Assembly (NCBI RefSeq): GCF_035084215.1
Contig: NC_090327.1
Coordinates: 2,356,001 to 2,420,000 of the forward strand
DNA: 64,000 bases
Reading direction: 5' to 3'
Source: Heptranchias perlo
Taxonomy: Eukaryota
How positions within the stretch are numbered: position 1 is the first letter of the stretch; every line of letters starts with the position of its first letter. A model generated the notes under the pieces. The model made no database searches and was not told where the DNA came from. It was given only the letters and a program-made list of their open reading frames with translations. A program made the position numbers and the translations under genes. Below are positions 11,626 to 23,772 of this stretch, one piece after another.

Positions 11626-14377
11626 GGAAAAAGCAGCAACTAAGTGTCACAAAACATATTTGAAAGTTCTTTATCTGAATGCACGTAGCATTCGTAACAA
11701 AATGGACGGGTTAACGGCACAAATAACTACGTATGGGTATGATCTTGTGGCCATTACAGAAACGTGGCTACAGGGTGACAACGACTGGGAATTAAATATA
11801 CCAGGGTATTTAACAATCAGGAAGGACAGGCAGGAAGGAAGGGGAGGTGGGGTGGCTATGTTAATAAAGGAAGGAATCACTGTAATACAGAGAAATGATA
11901 TTGGGACAAAGGATCAGGATAATGAAACAGTTTGGGTAGAGATAAGGAATAATAAGGGGAATAAAACACTCGTGGGCGTAGTATATAGGCCTCCTAATAG
12001 TTGCAACTCTGCTGGAAGAAGTAGTAATCAGGAAATAGTCGGGGCATGTAATAAGGGAACAGCTATAATTATGGGGGATTTTAACTATCATATTAACTGG
12101 ACAAATCAAATTGGGCAGGGCAGCCTTGAGCAAGAGTTTATTGAGTGTATTAGGGATGGATTTCTTGAGCAGTATGTAACTGATCCTACAAGGGGGCAAG
12201 CAACCTTGGACCTGGTCCTGTGTAATGAGCCAGGATTAATTAATAATGTCCTAGTTAAGGATCCCCTTGGAATGAGTGACCATAACATGGTTACATTCCA
12301 TATCCAATTAGAGGGTGAGAAGGTTGATTCTCAAACAAGCGTACTGAGCTTGAATAAAGGAGACTATGATGGTATGAGAGCGGAATTGATTAAAGTGGAC
12401 TGGGAAAATAGATTAAAGGGTAAGACGGTACATGAGCAATGGTGTTCATTTAAGGAGTTATTTTACAACTTTCAAAAAATATATATTCCACTGAGGAAAA
12501 AAGGGTGTAAAAGAAATGACAGCCATCCGTGGCTAAGTAAAGAAATTAAGGATAGTATCCGACTAAAAACAAGGACATATATGGTAGCCAAACTTAGTGG
12601 GAGGATAGAAGATTGGGAAGTCTTCAAAAGACATCAAAAAGTAACTAAAGGATTGATTAAGAAAGGGAAGATAGATTATGAAAATAAATTAGCAAAAAAT
12701 ATAAAAACAGATAGAAAGAGATTCTATAGTTATATAAAAAGAAAAAGGGTGGCTAAGGCAAACATAGGTCCCTTAGAGGATGAGACCAAGAAATTAATGG
12801 TGGGAAACATGGAGATGGCAAAAATGCTGAACAAATATTTTGTTTCAGTCTTTACGGTAGAGGACACTAAGAATATCCCAACACTGGAAAAACAGGGGGC
12901 TCGAGGGGGGGGGGAGGAGCTAAATACGATTAAAATCACTAAGGAATTGGTACTCAGTAAAATAATGGGACTCAAGGCGGATAAATCCCCTGGACCTGAT
13001 GGCTTACATCCTAGGGTCTTGAGGGAAGTGGCAGTCGGGATTGTGGATGCTTTGGTAATAATTTTGCAAAATTCTCTGGACTCGGCAAAGGTCTTGGCAG
13101 ATTGGAAAACTGCTAATATAACACCCTTATTTAGAAAGGGTAGTGGGCAGAAGGCTGGAAATTATAGACCAGTTAGCCTGATATCTGTGGTGGGTAAAAT
13201 TTTGGAGTCTATTATTAAGGAGACAGTAGCGGAACATTTGGATAAACATAATTTAATAGGACAAAGTCAGCATGGCTTTACGAAGGCGAAGTCATGTCTG
13301 ACAAATTTGCTTGAGTTCTTTGAGGACATAACGTACAGGGTGGATAAAGGGGAAGCAGTGGACGTAGTGTATTTAGACTTCCAGAAGGCATTCGACAAGG
13401 TGCCACATAAAAGATTATTGCTCAAGATAAAGAATCACTGGATTGGGGGTAATATTCTGGCATGGGTGGAGGATTGGTTATCTAACAGGAAGCAGAGAGT
13501 TGGGATAAATGGTTCATTCTCGGACTGGCAACCAGTAGCCAGTGGTGTTCCGCAGGGGTCGGTGCTGGGTCCCCAACTCTTTACAATCTATATTAACGAT
13601 TTGGAGGAGGGGACCAAGTGTAACATATCAAAGTTTGCAGATGATACAAAGATGGGAGGGAAAGTGGAGAGTGAGGAGGACATAAAAAACCTGCAGGGGG
13701 ATATAGACAGGCTGGGTGAGTGGGCAGAGATTTGGCAGATGCAATACAATATTGGAAAATGTGAGGTTATGCACTTTGGCAGGAAAAATCAGAGAGCAAG
13801 TTATTATCTTAATGGCAGGAAACTGGAAAGTACTGCAGTACAAAGGGATCTGGGGGTCCTAGTGCAAGAAGATCAAAAAGTTAGTGTGCAGGTGCAGCAG
13901 GTGATCAAGGCGGCCAACGGAATGTTGGCTTTTATTGCTAGGGGGATAGAATATAAAAACAGGGAGGTATTGCTGCAGTTATATAGGGTATTGGTGAGAC
14001 CGCACCTGGAATACTGCATACAGTTTTGGTGTCCATACTTAAGAAAAGACATACTTGCTCTCGAGGCAGTACAAAGAAGGTTCACTCGGTTAATCCCGGG
14101 GATGAGGGGGTGGACATATGAGGAGAGGTTGAGTAGATTGGGACTCTACTCATTGGAGTTCAGAAGAAGGAGAGGCGATCTTATTGAAACATATAAGGTT
14201 GTGAAGGGGCTTGATCGGGTGGATGCGGTAAGGATGTTCCCAAGGATGGGTGAAACTAGAACTAGGGGGCATAATCTTAGAATAAGGGGCTGCTCTTTCA
14301 AAACTGAGATGAGGGGAAACTTCTTCACTCAGAGGGTGGTAGGTCTGTGGAATTTGCTGCCCCAGGAAGCTGTGTGA
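11462..14377 (+). CDS. Chimeric ORF: PUR fragment fused to CR1 ORF2 (APE endonuclease plus reverse transcriptase); expression unknown
   Basis: 971 open codons; EN motifs LNARS, ITETW, YRPP, GDFN, LDLV, SDH; RT motifs [31 protein letters not shown]; first in-frame ATG at 11489. Confidence 0.75.
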
Positions 14378-14403
14378 GCTGCATCATTGAATAAATTTAA
14401 AAC
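11626..14403 (+). mobile_element. CR1 LINE ORF2, lacking ORF1 and the 3' tail (unit 1)
   Basis: EN-RT motifs; stops at AATTTAAAAC, whereas the same subfamily at 23234-23772 continues to a tail. Confidence 0.95.
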
Positions 14404-14925
14404 AAGTATGGACACCAAAACTGTATGCAGTATTCCAGGTGCGGTCTCACCAATACCTTATATAACTGCAGCAATACCTCCCTGTTTTTATATTCTATCC
14501 CCCTAGCAATAAAAGCCAACATTCCGTTGGCCTTCTTGATCACCTGCTGCACCTGCATACTAACTTTTTGATCTTCTTGCACTCGGACCCCCAGATCCCT
14601 TTGTACTGCAGTACTTTCCAGTTTCTCGCCATTAAGACAATAACTTGCTCTCTGATTTTTCCTGCCAAAGTGCATAACCTCACATTTTCCAATATTGTAT
14701 TGCATCTGCCAAATCTCCGCCCACTCACCCAGCCTGTCTATATCCCCTTGTAGGTTTTTTATGTCCTCCTCACTCTCTACTTTCCCTCCCATCTTTGTAT
14801 CATCTGCAAACTTTGATATGTTACACTTGGTCCCCTCCTCCAAATCGTTAATATAGATTGTAAAGAGTTGGGGACCCAGCACCGACCCCTGCGGAACACC
14901 ACTGGCTACTGGTTGCCAGTCCGAG
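14404..14925 (-). repeat. 522-bp inverted duplication of 13519-14040 (CR1 RT core)
   Basis: Ends AAGTATGGACACC and GCCAGTCCGAG are reverse complements of 14028-14040 and 13519-13529; 363-bp spacer. Confidence 0.95.
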
Positions 14926-15220
14926 TTGTAGCATGACTTCCCTACTTTTATATTCCATCCCCCTAGAAATAAAGGCCGATATTCCGTTTGCCTTCCAGAT
15001 TATCTGCTGCACCTGTATGTTGACTTTTTGTGTTTCATGTACGAGGACACCCAGATCCCTCTGTACCGCAGCATTTTGTAGTGTTTCTCCATTCAAATAA
15101 TATTTTGCTTTTTTATTTTTCCTCCCAAAGTGGATGATTTCACATTTTCCCACATTATATTCCATCGGCCAAATTTTTGCCCATTCGCCTAACCTGTCAA
15201 TATCCCTTTGCAGGCACATT
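14926..15220 (-). mobile_element. Older CR1 fragment hosting the Harbinger insertion (resumes at 18392-18524)
   Basis: [25 protein letters not shown] motif; sequence continues across the element with an ATT duplication. Confidence 0.85.
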
Positions 15221-15461
15221 GGCCCCGATATTACCAGTGAGGCAGGAAGGCAGCGTGGGTAACCCGCCCAGTGAAATCCTTCCATTGCCCACGTGATCGC
15301 GGGTAAATTGAAGCCACTTACCGTGGCTTCCGGGCTTCCCGTCGTCAACCTGCGCAGCGGGCGGACTGCGCACCAGCGTCACAGGCTGTCAGCTGGAGGA
15401 CCCCTATTTAAAGGGGCAGTCCTCCAATGACTGATCCTGCAGCAAACAATGACACAGGGCC

Positions 15462-17522
15462 ATGGAGCAGGCCAGGGGAAAGGCTGCCCCCAGGGTTAAT
15501 GATGCCTCATTCCAGGTCTTACTGGATGGGGTGAGGAGGATGAGGGAGATCTTGTACCCGGTGGACGGGAGGAAGTGGCCTGTCTCTGCCACCAAGAAGG
15601 CCTGGCTCGAGGTGGCAAAGGAGGTCACCAGCAGCAGCAACGACTCTCGCACCTGGATCCAGTGCAGGAAGTGCTTCAATGACCTAACCAGGTCAGCCAA
15701 AGTGAGTACACTTACTGATTCTCCTACACTCCGTCTTCCACATCACCGCCCCCACCCCACAACTCATTCTGCACTGTCAACACTGCTCTATCACATCTCT
15801 CCTCACACCCACTCAAACCTCATCTTCATCTTACCTGCACTTCCTCACCTCCCCAGTACTCATCCCACCACTACCACTCAACCCAATCCTCATACAATCT
15901 CATGGCTCTGTCTCATTCTCACCCTCTGATGCATCTCTTTCACGATCAGCCTCACCCAAACCAATGCATTCAGCGGTTGGCCACGTCACCATCACTCACT
16001 CACGCCTCTCTACTTTCTCCCCTTATAGGAGAAGAGAGCCCAGAATGCACGGGAGAGGGTGAAGACCGGAGGGGGGGCCGCAAGATCAGGCCGTCCTCTC
16101 GGACGCGGAGCAGGAGGCTCTCGAATTGAGTCGCACCCTCGAGTGCCTGTCTGTGGGGAACGCCGAGACTGCCACCCGACAAACGGCTGGTGACAGATCT
16201 TTAACATTCAGCACTCACAATAACAAATGATGTTAACATGCCTTGCCATCTTCAGCACCTCAACATCCGTCATCATGCTTGATATTGCCTTCTGTTCTTT
16301 TACAGGGCCTTCAGCGACCGCCGTGACTGCGGAGGGCGATTCCTCAGACGACCTGCCGGCCTCTGAGGGGGCACCGTCACATCTGAGCGAGCCATCCACC
16401 AGCGCAGATACACACTCCTCGGTCGGTCCCCGTCCTCAGTTAGTTGGGGTCACACATGGTGAGTCACCACACACATGTGAGCACGAGCAGACACTGGTGG
16501 CAGGGGCAGCTGTGGAGAGTCCGTGTCGGTGGGAGCACTCTTCCCCAGGCTCTGCTCAGCTGGACACAGATACTGAACTCTGGGGGCCATCCTTTAAAAG
16601 GAGAATGATCGAGGGGCAGCAGCACATTTGCGAGGTGCTGGAACAGGTGCCATGTGCACTCTCCACAATCGCACAGAGGATGGAGGAGTCCAACTCCTGC
16701 ATGAGTGGAATGGTGGCACAGGTACAGGAGGGAATCTCTGAGATAGTGTCACAGGGACGTGAGGGCATCTCTGAGATAGTGTCACAGGGACGTGAGGGCA
16801 TCTCTGAGATAGTGTCACAGGGACGTGAGGGCATCTCTGAGATAGTGTCACAGGGACGTGAGGGCATCTCTGAGATAGTGTCACAGGGACGTGAGGGCAT
16901 CTCTGAGATAGTGTCACAGGGACATGAGGGCATCTCTGAGATAGTGTCACAGGGACGTGAGGGCATCTCTGAGATAGTGTCGTGGGTAAGTGCGGGAATG
17001 TCTGTGATGGAGGGAAGGCTCGCCTCCATCGAGCTTCAACAATGAGTCCATTCAGGACCTGACAACGCCCTGCGGACTCAGGGTGAGCAACTTTCTGCCT
17101 CCATAAACAGGCAGGCAGATACTCTGGCACTGGCCTTACAAGGCTTCACACATGTCCTCCAAACTGTCGTCCAGCAGAGTGGTAGGAGTGATGTGGGCCT
17201 GGCCCAGGAGAGGGAAAATGGCGAAAGGGGACATGGAAATGGGGACGTCACTCAAAGCGCTCCCACGTCTCACCCGTTGCCCCCCTCTCAACCAGTACCC
17301 GCAATGCTGCCTCCTCTCCAGGTGGCCGAGTCTGCCCCTGCACAGGTGCAGGTGGAGCAGTCTTTGGAGGGGCCCTCACGGGCACCGAAACCCAGAGGGC
17401 GTAGGCCCAAAGCATCTAATCGGTCAGGGCATGAACAAGAGCAACCTGCCACTACCTCTGCTGCAGCCACAGGGGATGCACCATGTAGGAGTAGTCGGAA
17501 GCGAAAGGCAAAGGTTTTGTGA
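15462..17522 (+). pseudogene. Harbinger Myb/SANT-like DNA-binding protein gene, 3 exons, frameshifted
   Basis: Exon 1 15462-15701 (KAAPR...KKAWLEVAKEV...RTWIQCRKCFNDL, GTGAGT donor); acceptors at about 16028 and 16306; TATTTAAA upstream; frameshifts in a G run at about 16071 and near 17040; basic C-terminus RKRKAK. Confidence 0.75.
16728..16982 (+). repeat. 33-bp in-frame tandem repeat (EGISEIVSQGR, 8 units)
   Basis: GAGGGCATCTCTGAGATAGTGTCACAGGGACGT x8; only 2 units in the other three copies (272 vs 206 aa ORFs). Confidence 0.95.
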
Positions 17523-19041
17523 ACACAAAAGGGGATGCACAAGGGTGTTTGACGGTTTGTCATGGTTTTTATTTATATTTCGTTTTTGTTCAACTCACAT
17601 TAAATATTATTATTGTCACCACTACTGCCACGTCTTGGCCATTCTTGACTGGCTTGTGTAATAAGTCCCTTTCATGAGGTTCACCATGAACACCCACACT
17701 TGATGCCACCCATTGGGTCACTCCACAGTGGGTGTGTGTGTAGTTGCGGGACTATTTTGTGCAGGTGCCTGTGGTGCAGCACTGTGTTGTGGAGCTCCAC
17801 GTGGCGGAGGTGGACGGCGTGCCTGGTGAGGCCGGTGATGTTGCTCGTCCTCGGATGAATTGATGAATGCAGCTATGGCGCCCCCCCATCCTGATGGTGT
17901 GAGTTTGAGGGGGTCCGCAAAATAGGTAAATGTGTTTGCACAGCAGAGTTTAGGGTATAAATTAATAATTTTGAGTGGAAAGACAAAGGTGTTGCAGCCA
18001 AAACTTTGTCTGAAGTGACAGAGTGCCCTGCTGCAATAAATGAGGTTTTCCCCCCAACTGCCAAATAATCCTTTGCATCTCCCACTGGCTGCTGGCTGAA
18101 ACACGTCTGCTCCAACAGGGAGTGTTTCCCACAGCACGGGAAACACGCTGAGGATCCTTCAAAATCACACCCCTGCCGAAATCTCCACTCAATGAGGTCT
18201 CTCAAGAACCTCAACTGGGTAAATAATTATCTAAATTATCATCCCGCCGGCTTTAATTGCCGGTGGGAGTCCCGCACGTGAACACGAACACGTCACTGGG
18301 GAACCCGGAAGTCAGCGGGTTGGAGACAGGCTCTGGACACGCTCCGGGATTCCACCATTTTAGGAGCCCCCCGCCCCCAAAAATCGGCCCCATTGTGTCC
18401 TCAAATCAACTTGCTTTTCCACCTACCTTCACATCATCAGCAAATTTGGCCACAATACACTCTGTTCCTTCATCCAAGTCTTTGATATTTATTGTGAATA
18501 GTTGAGGCCCCAGCACTGATCCCTCAACCAACATTACAACAGATTATCTGGTCATTCATTTCATTGCTGTTTGTGGGATCTTGCTGTACCCAACTTGACT
18601 GCCGTGTTTCCTACATTACAACAGTGACTACACTTCAAAAGTACTTCATTGGCTGTGAAGCACTTTGGGACATGATGAAAGGCGCTATATAAATGAAAGT
18701 TGTTTGACTGTAGATTCCTGGTTGTGTTTTGTCCCAAGTAGCTCCCAAAGCAAAATACAACCAATTACTTGTGATGTGCACTCACTCATGCTCACACACA
18801 ACAAATGAATGACCGACCAACCAATGTTTTTTTTGGAAATATACGAAGGAGCATTGGTCACACCCCCAGAACTCACTGCTCTTTGAATATTGCAGTGAGA
18901 TCTTTAACCCACACCTGCTTTAAGGTTAACCACGAGGCACCAAGGTTTGGTTAAGATGCACAAGGACACTGTGCTTCCTTGCTGTAGCAGTCAGTCATTC
19001 CCCAGAGAGCAAATCGCATATTGTTCCAACTCAGGCCCCAA

Positions 19042-20254
19042 ATTTGATTGAGTTTTTTGAAGGGGTAACCAAGAAGATAGATGAGGGCTGTGCAGTAGAC
19101 GTGGTCTACATGGACTTTAGCAAAGCCTTTGACAAGGTACCGCATGGTAGGTTGTTACATAAGGTTAGATCTCACGGGATCCAAGGTGAGGTAGCCAATT
19201 GGATATAAAATTGGATTGACGACAGAGGGTGGTTGTAGAGGGTTGTTTTTCAAACTGGAGGCCTGTAACCAGCGGTGTGCCTCAGGTATCGGTGCTGGGT
19301 CCGCTGTTATTTGTTATTTATATTAATGATTTGGATGAGAATTTAGGAGGCATGGTTAGTCAGTTTGCAGATGACACCAAGATTGGTGGCATTGTGGACA
19401 GTGAAGAAGGTTATCTAGGATTGCAACGGATCTTGATAAATTGGGCCAGTGGGCCGATGAAGTTTAATTTAGATAAATGTGAGGTGATGCATTTTGGTAG
19501 ATCGAATCGGGCCAGGACCTACTCCATTAATGGTAGGGCATTGGGGAGAGTTAGAGAACAAAGAGATCTAGGAGTACAGGTTCATAGCTCCTTGAAAGTA
19601 GAGTCACAGGTGATAGGGTGGTGAAGAAGGCATTCAGCATGCTTTGTTTCATTGGTCAGAACATTGAATACAGGAGTTGGGATGTGTTGAAGTTGTACAA
19701 GACATTAGTTAGGCCACACTTGGAATACTGTGTACAGTTCTGGTCACCCTATTATAGAAAGGATATTATTAAACTAGAAAGAGTGCAGAAAAGATTTACT
19801 AGGATGCTACCGGGACTTGATGGTTTGACTTATAGGGAGAGGTTGGATAGACTGGGACTTTTTTCCCCTGGAGAGTAGGAGATTGAGGGGTGATCTTATA
19901 GAAGTCTATAAAATAATGAGGGGCACAGATAAGGTAGATAGTCAAAATCTTTTCCCAAAGGTAGGGGAGTCTATAACGAGGGGGCATAGATTTAAGGTGA
20001 GAGGGGAGAGATACAAAAGGGTCCAGAGGGGCAATTTTTTCACTCAAAGGGTGGTGAGTGTCTGGAACGAGCTGCCAGAGGCAGTAGTAGAGGTGGATAC
20101 AATTTTGTCTTTTAAAAAGCATTTGGACAGTTACATGGGTATAGAGGCATATGGGACAAGTGCAGGCAATTGGGACTAGCTTAGTGGTATAAACTGGGCA
20201 ACATGGACATGTTAGGCCAAAAGGCCTGTTTCCATGTTGTAAAGTTCTATGATT
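19042..20254 (+). mobile_element. CR1 LINE 3' portion, unit 2 only
   Basis: RT motifs (VSQFADDTKIGG, LEYCVQFWSPYY); TTCTATGATT tail; CCAA duplication; empty site at about 4848 in unit 1. Confidence 0.92.
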
Positions 20255-20442
20255 CCAAGACACCTGGACTGCAATGTCCTACTCCAGGAGATTCTGAACC
20301 TCAAAAACTGCAGGACTGGCCAGGTCATCACGTGTGCTTGTGTATAAATAAAAAGATGGTATTATAGGATATCTGCATCATATATCCCCACTGCCCTTAC
20401 ATGGAGACAATCTAGGATATCCTATCGTTTACCTCCAATGTG

Positions 20443-20656
20443 AAATGTAAGGAATCTGACAACACCAGGTTATAGTCCAACAGTTTTATTTGAAATCACA
20501 AGCTTTCGGAGGCTTCCTCTGTAGTCAGGAGGCGACTCACCTGACGAAGCCTCCAAAAGCTTGTGATGTCAAATAAAACTGTTGGACTATAACCTGGTGT
20601 TGTCAGATTCCTTACATTTGACCACCCCAGTCCATCACCGGCATCGCCACATCATG
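20443..20656. mobile_element. Penelope-like element terminus as an inverted repeat with hammerhead-like relics
   Basis: Arms AAATGTAAGGAATCTGACAACACCAGGTTATAGTCCAACAG... and its reverse complement; CTGACGA and GAAAGCTTGTGA motifs; CCTCCAAT duplication; empty site at about 5048 in unit 1. Confidence 0.7.
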
Positions 20657-21826
20657 CCTCCAATACAAGTTCGAGGACTAGGAAATACTCTATTAAATCA
20701 ATTCAGTGATAAGGACAACCCCTTACATGCAATGTATACAAGATACATGGACTGATTATACTCACGTATTGAGAACTCCTTCAGGAGATCGCAAGGATAT
20801 TGCCACCTTACGTTAGCCTCTGAAGATCAAGAGGCCCCAAGGGAGCTTGTGTTCCATCTTATGTTTAGAAAGACCTGCCGAGCATAATGCCAACACAGCC
20901 TCCACATCTGGTGAATCATCCTTTGGTAAGCCTGTGCAACAACATCTGTTTCACATTCACTATACTCAAACCTTGGGTATTAGTTATCCCTTTCCTTCTC
21001 TCCAGTACACCTGGAACTAGCTCATTCATTTGGTTGCCTCCCCTCTGTTCTTCACCAACTCTCCCAGGAGAGAGAAGATACAAAATATCGTGAATGGAGG
21101 TAATGTTTCCTAGATTCTAGGCCTGACCCTGTATAGTTATTACAACCACTACAGGATCAATCTTCAATATTAACAGAGAGCTTACTATGGTTAATCTGGC
21201 TGGGGGACCGAGACTTGAGGGCACAATGCAGAGAAATGTAAAATGGCAGTTGGCCTCCAGGCAAGGCCTAAATTAAATTATCCCCAACCGGCGACAGTGA
21301 GCCTTAACATTGAGGAGATCTCCTGAAGAATTTGACTCACATTTCTGGGTATAATTCCTGCAGAATATACTTCCCGTCTCCCCTGAATTGCAAGGCAACA
21401 TCATTCTCTTCCCCATAGAGGGACCTGAACATTACATACACGACAGGAGAAAGAATTGTTGACAAACCATGTTTTATTAGATTCCAGAATGTTTGTTATT
21501 TTGGCAGTTGCAAAATACAAGACTTCATTACAAAGCAAACGGTCAATTGAAGCACCCAGACCTTTCAGTAGATGTGGAAAGAAACCTGCCCATTCCCTCC
21601 CCTAAAAAGACCACTGCCCCTTTAAAACCCTCCCCCCCTCACAGGCAATTGTACATTACATACAAAACAAATGTGGCCTGGTCCCCACTATCAATTAGAG
21701 TTAGAGGTGGGAAGGAGGCAGGGTGTACAGTGAATCACACTAGTCAAAGGCAGAGTACAGAGGACCTGGTGTAGAAAAAGGAGGCTGATGGCCATAACTT
21801 GCATCAGTTCCGATCCTTACTGCATG

Positions 21827-22999
<1,173 letters not shown>

Positions 23000-23004
23000 T
23001 CAGG

Positions 23005-23122
23005 ATGTGGAGATGCTGGTGATGTGAGATTCCTTACATTTGTCCAACACCAGGTTATAGTCCAACAATTTTATTTTAAAATTAAATTGTTGGACTATAA
23101 CCTGGTGTTGTAAGATTCCTTA
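23005..23122. mobile_element. Short rearranged Penelope-like fragment in actin intron, unit 2
   Basis: Same family sequence as 20443-20656; 27-bp inverted arms; 12-bp duplication CAAAAAGTCAGG at 22993-23004 and 23123-23134. Confidence 0.7.
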
Positions 23123-23233
23123 CAAAAAGTCAGGTGTTTAGAGTTGAAGATGGAGATGCCCTGACAGTTGCTGATCACATTTTAATGATCTGGTGTCCAC
23201 ATTTTCCTACATTACAACAGTGACTACACTTAA

Positions 23234-23772
23234 GAACATAAGAAATAGGAGCAGGAGTGGGCCAATCGGCCCCTTGAGCCTGCTCTGCCATTCAATAAGA
23301 TCATGGTTGATCTGATCCCAACCTCAAATCTAAATTCACGTCTAATTTCCAGCCCGCTCCCCATAACCCCCAATTCCCTTTACTTCTCGGAAACTGTCTA
23401 TTTCTGTTTTAAATTCATTTAATGATGTAGCTTCCACAGCTTCCTGGGGCAGCAAATTCCAGAGACCTACTACCCTCTGAGTGAAGAAGTTTCTCCTAAT
23501 CTCAGTTTTGAAAGAGCAGCCCCTTATTCTAAGATTATCCCCTAGTTCTAGTTTCACCCATCCTTGGGAACATCCTTACTGCATCCACCCGATCAAGCCC
23601 CTTCACAATCTTATATGTTTCAATCAGATCGCCTCTCATTCTTCTGAACTCCAATGAGTAGAGTCCCAATCTACTCAACCTCTCCTCATACGTCCGCCCC
23701 CTCATCCTCAGGATTAACCGAGTGAACCTTCTTTGTACTGCCTCGAGAGCAAGTATGTCTTTTCTTAAGTAT
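23234..23772 (-). mobile_element. CR1 3' fragment, same subfamily as the PUR-fused CR1, unit 2
   Basis: Near-identical to 14035-14403 plus an intact tail; CACTTAA target duplication. Confidence 0.92.

Larger units (their letters stand above)
15221..18391. mobile_element. PIF/Harbinger DNA transposon, non-autonomous (unit 1)
   Basis: TIRs GGCCCCGATATT / AAAATCGGCCCC, 3-bp ATT target duplication; + strand Myb/SANT-like gene; convergent minus-strand transposase N-terminal remnant near 17720-17890. Confidence 0.88.
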
